Assembly: GCF_006345805.1 (NCBI RefSeq)
Contig: NC_042999.1
Coordinates: 9,920,001-9,984,000 of the forward strand
Direction: 5' to 3'
DNA from: Octopus sinensis
Taxonomy: Eukaryota
DNA: 64,000 nt
Shown here: piece after piece, positions 53,235-64,000 of the stretch
How the letters are laid out: each line of letters begins with the position of its first letter
How positions within the stretch are numbered: the first letter of the stretch is position 1
The notes under the pieces: model-generated
What the model saw: the letters and a program-made list of their open reading frames with translations, nothing else
Databases searched by the model: none
What the model was told of the DNA's origin: nothing
Translations under genes and position numbers: made by a program

Positions 53235-53235
<1 letters not shown>
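52640..53235 (+). mobile_element. Dong/R4-like non-LTR retrotransposon 3' fragment (restriction-like endonuclease) within (TAA)n
   Basis: DKWYKHHPEAVTEGENVSILWDFPVQTDRTIKANKPDIIIKD..LLIDMSIP..KEFDKISRYKDL..VPVIIGSLG..GTAHVLRRAL* (stop 53063-65). TAA arrays on both sides. Confidence 0.88.
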
Positions 53236-53271
<36 letters not shown>

Positions 53272-53273
<2 letters not shown>

Positions 53274-53830
53274 TGCCCTGATGCAGTACCAGGCAGTGAC
53301 TCTCGTGGCTTCTGATCTTAACTGATTGGAAGTGTTATCATGTACATTGTTTCGTCTTGGTATAAAAGATGGGCTACAGCAAATATTCTGCTCAATACCA
53401 CAGATTTGCTTGTCAGTTGTTTGACCGTAACCAGTTGAGCATGTCCCTTAGTGGCTGACGATTTGTGCATCTCTGATCACGAGCAGAAGTAGTGGGGGAG
53501 CATCATAGCCATGTGTTGAGAAGGATTCATTGGGGTTTGAATAGTTCACCTCTGGAAACATCGGTGTTTCATTCAGCATCCTTAAAAATCCTTATTCAGG
53601 GACCTTTTGAGCGGGATGAGCTACTCAACCAGAAGAAAATTCTAGCTGGGCCTCAACTGCAAGGTCATGTGCTGTTTATATTGATATGAGATCACCATGT
53701 CGCGCACACGTGGTTCAGATGCATGTGCCTGGTGTACCCTTATCAGACGGGTAGTCATGATGGGTATACTGGGCTTCGTATATTTTACCCCAGTTTTACT
53801 TTGATGGCATGCACTGCTCTCTCACTCAAT
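53272..53830 (+). mobile_element. Family D (TAA)n-embedded non-coding element
   Basis: Inverted homolog of 8481-9025 with the same termini. Confidence 0.75.
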
Positions 53831-53884
53831 AATATTAATAATAATAATATTAATAATAATAATAATAATACTAACAATAATAAC

Positions 53885-55085
53885 GCAGTATAAATAAAGT
53901 GTTAAATAGTTTTGGTGCGTGACTTTCGAAAACGAAAACACAAAAGCTAAAATGTAAAAACTAAAAAGTAAAAAGCTAAAAGAGTTATCCTCCTTAGACG
54001 TTAAATGATAAGGCTGGAAAGATATGGAGTCCGTCAGGAACAGATGGAATTTTCCAGTTCTTCAAAATATATTTATACATATGCATGCAACTAGTGAAAA
54101 TTTCTGACCTGGAGTTCAATAGAGGGATCTTAGATCTGAACAGGATCTGTGCTCTTTCAGCCAAACAAAGTCTACATTTATTCGATCCATTCCCATAAGG
54201 TATGGATTTCTCAATTACTTTCCATTTAATCCCATGCGGTGTTTCGTTATCTTTCAAAGTCCATACGTACGATAGCCAACTTCGTAGCTTTACTTTTTTC
54301 CCGATGCGTGCGATTGGCACAGCGATTTGTAAATTCTCCTTCACATAATCCAATATAGGTCTTCTTATCGATTGTATTATTATTTAGGGTTGCAGTAACT
54401 TCTGCTTCGTATATGATAGATTTAGTCATACAGCGTTGGTTAAGTGGACAGGACCCTGGGTCACGACAGTTGCAGCTGGAGTCAGTTTCTTGGTGTTGAC
54501 CACGTGTAATGATACTCTTCATATTGGGGCACCAGCTGCATGATAATTTCACAGAAAGCCATTTGAATATTTTCCTGTATCTGTGAGTTGCTGGAAAGTG
54601 TTTGTCTAGGAATGACAGGAATCTTTTACCAATGTTAGTTTTTATATTAAGGGAAAAGGGAAAGGCGAACCAAAGAACTTTCCTTGGCTCATTTTTAGGT
54701 TTCTTATTATTATTCTGATTAATACCAGTGTGGTTAAGTACTGCTTTATCTTTGATGCCACTAGATCTATTATTAATATTTTGATTATTAGAGGGATTCT
54801 GTATTAATTTATCTTAGATGCCACTATTGGCTAGAGCATTGTTATAGTAAGGGGCTGCTTTCTCGAAAATTTCTTTAGAAGAAGAGAGGTCAGACACTCT
54901 GTTACTAATGTTAGCTATAAGGTCTTTAAATATTTCATGAGGGTGACAAGATTGTTTATGTATATATGCAAGCTTCTCATTAGGCTTATGGAGAGGCTAA
55001 AACGAGGAGGAGTTCAGGTCTAGGGAAACCTCTAAATAGTCAATTATAACCGAATTAGTAGATACTGCTAAATAATCAATTATAT
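53885..55085 (-). mobile_element. Penelope-like element (Neptune-type) 5'-truncated fragment: RT thumb plus GIY-YIG endonuclease
   Basis: IDYLEVSLDL..HKPNEKLAYIHKQSCHP..AAPYYNNAL..SCNCRDPGSCPLNQRC..IIYEAEV..YIGLCEG..CRLCLAE..LLNSRSEIFTSCMH, with stops and frameshifts. Confidence 0.88.
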
Positions 55086-55089
55086 GCTG

Positions 55090-55300
55090 TCTTCTCAGTT
55101 TTTTTGTGTTTCTTGTCTTATTCAGTTTTTTTTAGTTCGTTATGATATGTGGTTTGTGCCTGATGAATTTGCTTGAGATATTTCTCAACATATGAAACTA
55201 TTAGTAGCACTTAAAGACATGTCTTGTGTCCTTTAAATAAATAATATTCATCTCTCACCAAATGGAGTACATTTTTTTGTTGAATATTCTATCACGGATC
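55090..55300 (+). mobile_element. Inverted terminal (pLTR-like) segment of the Penelope-like element
   Basis: T-rich start, a hammerhead and AAATAAATAA, oriented opposite to the adjacent RT fragment. Confidence 0.65.
55144..55223 (+). ncRNA. Complete type I hammerhead ribozyme motif
   Basis: GATATGT-gg-TTT-GTGC-CTGATGA-ATtTG-c-TTGAGA(tatt)TCTCAA-CATAT-GAAA-CT(att)AG-TA-GCAC-tt-AAA-g-ACATGTC. All core residues are canonical; predicted cleavage after A55206. Confidence 0.85.
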
Positions 55301-55376
55301 TGTACATAATGGCTGTCTTGTGTGTTGACAAGAATCGTTGGAGTTGTCCAACTCCAACCATCACTACCACCATGGT

Positions 55377-55446
<70 letters not shown>

Positions 55447-55775
55447 TTACTACTACCACTACTACTACGACCAACGGTCTCTACTGTTACTGCTATTACA
55501 CCTAACGGTCACTTTCACTATTACAGCCAACGGTTCTAGTCAACACACAAGACAGCCATTATGTTCCCACACACAAAACCCTTCCACGTGGACTCTGTTG
55601 AGACTAGTAAGAAATAATTATGAACTTTTCTTTTATTACACTTAACTTAAAAAAATTTTTTTTTTCTTAAGATTTGCTTTTTCAAGAAGAACCGAAGCAT
55701 GTAAAATCTCTCATAAATTAAAATTTATCCTATATAGTGCCGTTTTCAAACTCCTTTTTTAAATAGATATGTGTG

Positions 55776-55823
<48 letters not shown>

Positions 55824-55880
55824 TATATATCATATTATATAATATATATATACATATATTATATATATATATATAATATA

Positions 55881-55919
<39 letters not shown>

Positions 55920-56017
55920 TATATATATATTGTTTGTTTGTATTCCACCTGCCTTCGTCTTTTGTTTATTTCCGTAAACCTGCCTTCGTCTTTTGTCTAT
56001 TTTCATAAAGCTTACCG

Positions 56018-56062
<45 letters not shown>

Positions 56063-56067
56063 ACATA

Positions 56068-57329
56068 TCAGATCATTAAGAATGAAATGTTTGATTTTCT
56101 TATGCACTAAGTTTGACAGTCGTTAATGCTAATGTTTTATCTTTATAATTCTATGTTGTACAACATTGAAAAGTTAGATAATCACTTTTCGAAATACAAT
56201 TCATGGTGTCTGATTAGATTGAAAGTTCTCTCTTGTAAATCGATTTTTGTGAACCGATGGATAGATAAAAAAATTCGTGTTGTTTATGAGTATGAGCTCC
56301 GTCGTGGAACCAATGCATCCCAGACAGCTGGAAACATCAATGAAGTGTTTGGTGAAGATGTGTCGATTGAGTGCAATGTACGTCGATGATTTGAGAAGTT
56401 CTTGTCTGATGACTTAACTCTTGAAAATCAGCCCCATGGTAGACCTGAGACCAAGGTGGATAAGGATGAGCTAGAAACTGTAGTGAAAGCGAATACATCT
56501 CAAACTAAGTGTGAGTTAGAAGCAAGGTTTCATGTTTCGATTCCAATTGTATTGGACCATCTGAAACAAACCAGCAAGGTAAAGAAGTTGGACAAGTGGG
56601 TACCACACAAATTGAACGAGCATCAAATGATACGTCATCTTTAAACTTGTTTTTTGCTGTCACGGCTTCAAAGTGAACCATTTTTGCATTGTATTGTTAC
56701 GTGTGATGAAAAATGGATTCTTTTCAACAATAGCAAGCATTCTCCTCGATAGAGACGAAGTGCCAAAAGACAATCCAAAACAGAAGTTCACCAAAAAAAG
56801 CTAATAGTGTCTGTTTGATGATCCAGTGCTGGTGTCTTCCACTACAGCTTTATGAGACCTGGTAAGTCAATTACAGTGGATGTCTACATTAACCAATTGG
56901 ATGAAATGATGAATGAACTTGCAATTAAATAACCGAGATTGGTCAAGAGAGACTGGCCAATTCTCTTGTAAGACAATGCTTGACCACGTGTTGCACAAAG
57001 AGCGTTACTCAAGTTACAGGAACTGAACTTGGAAGTACTCTGTCACCCACCATATTCACCAGACCTTGCACCAACTGACTATCACGTTTTCTAGGCATTA
57101 GACAACTTCTGTCAAGGAAAAAAACTTCAAATCTGACGAAGATGCAAAAACAGCCTTTCGTGATTTCATCAACTCTTGCTCTCCAGAATTCTTCACTGCC
57201 GGCATAAATAAGCTGCCGATAAAATGGCAAAATTCTGTTGATAATTTGATTAACTGCATTGCTTTTTGTTGAGATAAAGTAAAATAAATTTTCAGTTCAA
57301 AATTGGACATTTCATTCTAAATGACCTGA
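56068..57329 (+). mobile_element. Full-length decayed mariner transposon
   Basis: TIRs TCAGATCATTAAGAATGAAATGT / ACATTTCATTCTAAATGACCTGA with TA on both sides. Transposase from ATG 56257 with WVPHKL, IVTCDEKW and HPPYSPDLAPTDY motifs; multiple stops. Confidence 0.92.
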
Positions 57330-57337
57330 TATATATA

Positions 57338-57890
57338 CAGGGTGCGGTGAATAAATTGTCGTCTCAATTATAAAGAAGGGAACATAACACTGGCATCTCA
57401 TTTAACAGATATATTTTACCAAATTTACATTAAAATATTTTGAAATACTAAAGAGTAAATTTATTCAATAAAGTCGCCATTGGCTTCAACCATGGTCACC
57501 AGACGACTTTGGAATCTCTTGCAACTCTTCTGGATGGCCTCCTTGTTGAAGTTGGTGAATGCTGCCATAAGCCTTGCCTTCAGTTCATCTTCATCTTAGG
57601 TGTTACAAGGAGTTTTGTTGGTCGCTTGCTTAATTGTGCCCCACACACAATAATTAAGGGGGTTGCAGTCTGGTGACCAGATGTTAGGGGTGATGGGTCA
57701 CAGAATTGTCTGATAGCCATGACTGGGTTCTCCTGCTTGTGTGATACAGTGCAGAGTTCTGTTGCCAGACATAGGGTCTTCCAGCAACCACCCTCTTGAT
57801 CCAGGGCAGCACTACCTCCTCCAAACACTTGGTGTAGGCCTCCGTGTTGAGTGTGAGGCCGTGTGGGGAGACGAATGGTGGCATAACGTT
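57338..57890 (-). mobile_element. Tc1/mariner (maT/DD37D-like) transposon 3' fragment
   Basis: TA|CAGGGTG terminus. Minus strand MPPFVSPHGL..RPYVWQQNSA..SPDCNPLNYCVWG..RFQSRLVTMVEANGDFIE*. Confidence 0.8.
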
Positions 57891-58264
57891 ATGCTAAACA
57901 CTCTGAAATGTGTCTACATGAGCTTCCGGCGCGAATGCCAAGCAGTACAGCATGTCATGTGTGTGTGTATATATATATATGTATTTATGTGCTATCTGAG
58001 TATATTCCATTGATGAAGGCAGAGCATTTCTTATGCAGAGCCAGAAATCCGGGATCTGGAATTATCCAGTATTATTATTATTTTTTTTTTTTTTTGCTAG
58101 TTTATTTTGTTCCTTTGTCTTCTCTCCTAATGTTGTATGAACATTTAATGAGGTTTTAGAGTCAATTTTCGCTGCTATTTTGTGGTATCTCTTAGATACT
58201 GTAACTGAATAATTATAATTATATATAATAATATATATATTATATATATATATATATATATTAT

Positions 58265-58300
<36 letters not shown>

Positions 58301-59245
58301 AATATATATATCTATATATATTTGCGCATTGTCTGTTTTTCATGTGTGTCTGTGTATGTTCATATATTAAAACGGAGTAGTTTTGGTGAAGCACTGTGGG
58401 ATATTACTTCAAAGAGACTTGTGTCGCATTGTTCCGGTCTTACACAATACGTCTCGCTTTATATGTCTCTGTGTGTATATATGTGTGTATGTGTGTTTGT
58501 ATAATCATGTAGAAGTTGACAATGGACTTCAAACGTAAATAACAGTCATTTCTTCAGTCGCGCACGCATATAAAATGCAGGACGGCATCGCATCGAGCTG
58601 TATACCCCGGTGGATATAGCACTGCGCAGTGTTGCACAATGCACTTATAACTGCATTGTACTTCACTGTACTCTATTGTACGGCTGTTTCCAGACGAGAA
58701 CACATTAGAAGGCCATTTCCTGTAGTACCTGTTAACCCTCGGTCGAGGTTGCTTGATACCCGACACCCGACTGATATCCACCCTTCTTATCTCACCACAC
58801 CCACCATACACACAAACACCCCGTCGCACACACACTATCCGTTCAAACTCACCGTCCACCACCTCCCATCCATCGGTCCACTCGTTCACCCCCACCATCC
58901 ACCCGCTCCATCTACCCGCTCCATCCACCCGCTCAACTGATATTTCCAAACTAAATACATTATTATTCAGTCGAGCTAATTTTCTTCATCTTCTTCTTCT
59001 TCTTGTCGTTTCAGGGTGGGGTGGAGGGCGGTCAAGATTTTTGTGTTTTATTGTTGATGCCTTCTACGTATGTCACCCCGGGTGGATGGATATTTCCCCA
59101 TTTTCCCCCCTTTAGTATTAAGGGCACAGATCCCATTGCTCCTTTAGCCACCGCCCCCCACTCTAACAACTCACCCAATTTTTTAGTTATTCCCCTAACA
59201 GCAACAGAAGCAGCAGCAGTAGTAGTAGTAGTAGTAGTATGTATA

Positions 59246-59284
<39 letters not shown>

Positions 59285-59304
59285 ATATATATATATATAT
59301 TTGT

Positions 59305-59539
59305 TCTTTTACTTGTTTCAGCCATTTGACTGTGGCGATGCTGGAGCACTTTAATCGAACAAATCAACCCTGGAACTTATTCTCTGTAAGCCTAGTACTT
59401 ATTCTATAGTTTTTTTTTTGGGGGGGGGCGAACTGTTAAGTTACGGAGACGTAAACACACTAATATCGGTTGTCAAACGACGTTGGAGGACAAACACACA
59501 CACACACACATAAATATACACATACATACATACATAAAT

Positions 59540-59600
<61 letters not shown>

Positions 59601-59760
59601 GGTTTCTTTCAGTTTCCGTCAACCAAATCTGCTCACAAGGCTTTGGTCGACCCGTGGCTATAGTAGAAGAGACTTACCCAAGGTGCTACGCAGTGGGTTT
59701 GAACCCAGAACCACGCGGTTGAGAAGCAAGCTTCTTACCACACAGACACTCCTGTGCCTA
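59305..59760 (-). mobile_element. SINE family A with expanded internal microsatellite
   Basis: Reverse-complement match. Confidence 0.85.
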
Positions 59761-59779
59761 TATACATATCTATCTATCC

Positions 59780-61630
<1,851 letters not shown>

Positions 61631-61915
61631 GATAGATATCAAAAGAGCAGGAGTTACCTAAGCACTTTCATTAGCTTGTAGCTGTTTCTGCAACAAGAAG
61701 TCATTGCACGCAGTGCTGAGTGCCCATGCAACATGTCATAGCTTCCTCGGAGTCATTTATGCAACATTACTTGCCGAGCAATGCTTCCCATAGCAGAAAC
61801 AGTTGTAAGATAATGAAGGGGATTATTTAACTCTTATTCTTTTGTCAATCATTAATTCATATCATGCTGTGTACTCAGCAGATCCTTTACTCTAAATCAT
61901 AAGTATATTGAGGTC

Positions 61916-61969
61916 TAACAGCTGAGACACATGTTTCTGCCTCATTGTACGTCATCAGCACAGCAGTTA
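61916..61969 (-). ncRNA. Degenerate type I hammerhead motif
   Basis: TAAC-t-GCTG-tG-CTGATGA-cgtacaatgaggca-GAAA-CA(tg)TG-TC-T-CAGC-t-GTTA. Helix II is weak. Confidence 0.45.
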
Positions 61970-63025
61970 CTCTATTTCGACTCCAGCAGGAATAAGACGT
62001 GATTATGTACAAGAAAAAGAAGGCATTTATGGAGTAGGTTAATTTACATAATTAAAACATAAATAAGCTGAAAGAAATGACTTGAATGTTTCCGACGTAA
62101 AACACTTTATGTGAATGCATTTGCAGAGAGATTGCGGGCGAGAAACACAGAACAAATGGTTAATGTGTTAGCTACAAAGGTCAGCAATATGGCTGATATA
62201 GATCTACCACCGGAAGATCATCTCGCACACTGGAATACAATGTAATGCAGTGAGTTGAAAAACCTTCTATTGACTGAGAGTAGTAAAGCATTTAGTAGAG
62301 AAATAAGTTCGTTATGGAGGTGTTTATAAATTAAAAGGAGACAACGAAAGGAGATAAAATCAGTTGTTAGATAATAAAGATAATGACGTCAGAAGTGAAT
62401 TGTATCTTTAAAACCAAGTTGTAACAGTAACGGGAGCGTTTACGCCTTATTAGACCTCCTTAGCGAAATATTCTACTCTGCTCTCAATACAAATGCCCAA
62501 TCTTCTTTTCTTGCTCCTCCTACACCTCTTTCTTCTTCTCCTCTTCCTCCTCCTACTTCTCTTTCTTCTTCTCCTTTTCCTCCTTCTGGTCCTTCTGATG
62601 TCGGGCACGATGACTAACGTATCCTTAATCCCGTTCAGAGCAGCATTTCTGGGATGCTGGTTAATCATTGATGGTCTTTACTCCTCAAGACTCGCAGATG
62701 AACCAGAAAAGACATACGAACATGAGCGGCCTGTGTGTTGATTCTGCATCTATATTTTACAGCAACACTCTAATTTCAAAGCGAAAGTATGACAAAATGT
62801 GGAGGGAATACAACTCGGATCTATAACTATCGCTGAATACCCGACAGGTTAGCTAACTTAAGAAAATGCATTCTCAAACACAAAATACCAGAAATGGAAA
62901 ATTGAGATTCGAAGGCAAGAATTTATTACGAAAAACAAAGGTGACGAACTCAAACAATTAATAATTATAAAAACATCGATAATATAAACCACAAAGAACT
63001 AACCATCGTAAAAAAATATAGCAAA

Positions 63026-63406
63026 CTAGCAGTATCGCCCGGCGTTGCTTGGCTTTGTAAGGGAAATAACCATATATGCATTTTTAGAGAGTTATAGCCA
63101 AAAAGTATTTTAAAAAATGCATTAAAAACGGAAAACAAATGATGGTAAATTTTTTTTAAATCGTTGACTCATCGTATACATTTTTAGAGAGTTACTTCCC
63201 TTATATAATAGCGAAAAAATGCATTAAAATGGAAAAAAATTATGGTAAATTTTGTTTTAAATCGTAGACTCATCGTAGACGCGCGCTAATACCCAGAAGG
63301 GCTCGATATGAATCACGACTATAAGATACCCGCAAAATGTGGGAGTAGTTAGGAATCTAAATCGTAGGAGACAGACAGCACACAACCTCACTTTTATATA
63401 TAAAGA
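63026..63406 (-). mobile_element. Non-autonomous Helitron with internal tandem duplication of about 110 bp
   Basis: Minus strand A|TC....GCAACGCCGGG..CTAG|T: 5' TC, 3' CTAG, subterminal GC-rich hairpin remnant, and A/T target site. Confidence 0.75.
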
Positions 63407-64000
63407 TATCAAAACCCAACACATCGAAGCCTTTGAATATCTTCATAAAACTGACCGGCAAAAACTGACTCAGAAGAACACAGACAAGAATATAAATGAA
63501 ACAGAACGAGACGAAGATTGTGGAAATATTTTCAAAATGACTAAGAGTAGATATTGCTGTGGACCAAAGAAAGTGTCTCTGGGGGAGAGAGAAAAATCGA
63601 AGAAAAAATTGCAACAACAACAACAATGGGAGATTTAATCAAAACAAATACATCCATCAATATCACCAGTTTAAGTAAAATAATAGATGAAGTTGAATGG
63701 AAAGTGGGTTCTTCGACTGATGCACTAAAATAGAGATATTAAAGATGTTGTGAAGGGAAAGAAACAATTAATCTCCCTCTCTCTCTCTCTCTTCTCTTTC
63801 TCCCTTTCTTTCTATCTGGTTGTTCGGTCTTAGCCAAGAAAGACTACATCCATCGCCTCCTCGATAGCGTTGGGACTTACACTGGAAGTTATAGCTCTGT
63901 CATGAAACACCAAGAGAAGTGGGGCAAATATAGACATGGGGCAGTAGCGGCTTCTAAGAATGGCACAGCGACCATAGCTTGGGATATACCAATACACACA

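Noticed and set aside
58550-58950. TATAAAA box in a CpG-rich unique segment, with overlapping short ORFs
   Set aside because: A single motif with no initiator at the expected distance, and the ORFs resemble no known protein.

Overview
AT-rich, microsatellite-saturated eukaryotic genomic DNA, intronic or intergenic in character. The repeat landscape suggests a cephalopod, probably Octopus (inference). No host protein-coding gene can be supported, and nearly all ORF-track entries are translated microsatellites. Recognisable content: at least three tRNA-derived SINE families (more than 30 copies); 5'-truncated LINE relics (three Tx1/L1-like, two Dong/R4-like sitting in (TAA)n, RTE-like, CR1-like); a Penelope-like (Neptune-type) RT/GIY-YIG fragment; a full-length decayed mariner; a Tc1/maT-like fragment; a Charlie/Buster hAT transposase relic with matching MITEs; and a non-autonomous Helitron. 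The main unexplained signal, found by reading the sequence by eye, is about a dozen type I hammerhead-ribozyme motifs from several unrelated-looking families. They include a complete canonical ribozyme in the inverted terminal copy of the Penelope element, a U3-A8 covariant ribozyme, two foldback elements carrying back-to-back ribozyme motifs, and a (TA)n-anchored mini-element family. All folds were made by hand, and activity is untested.
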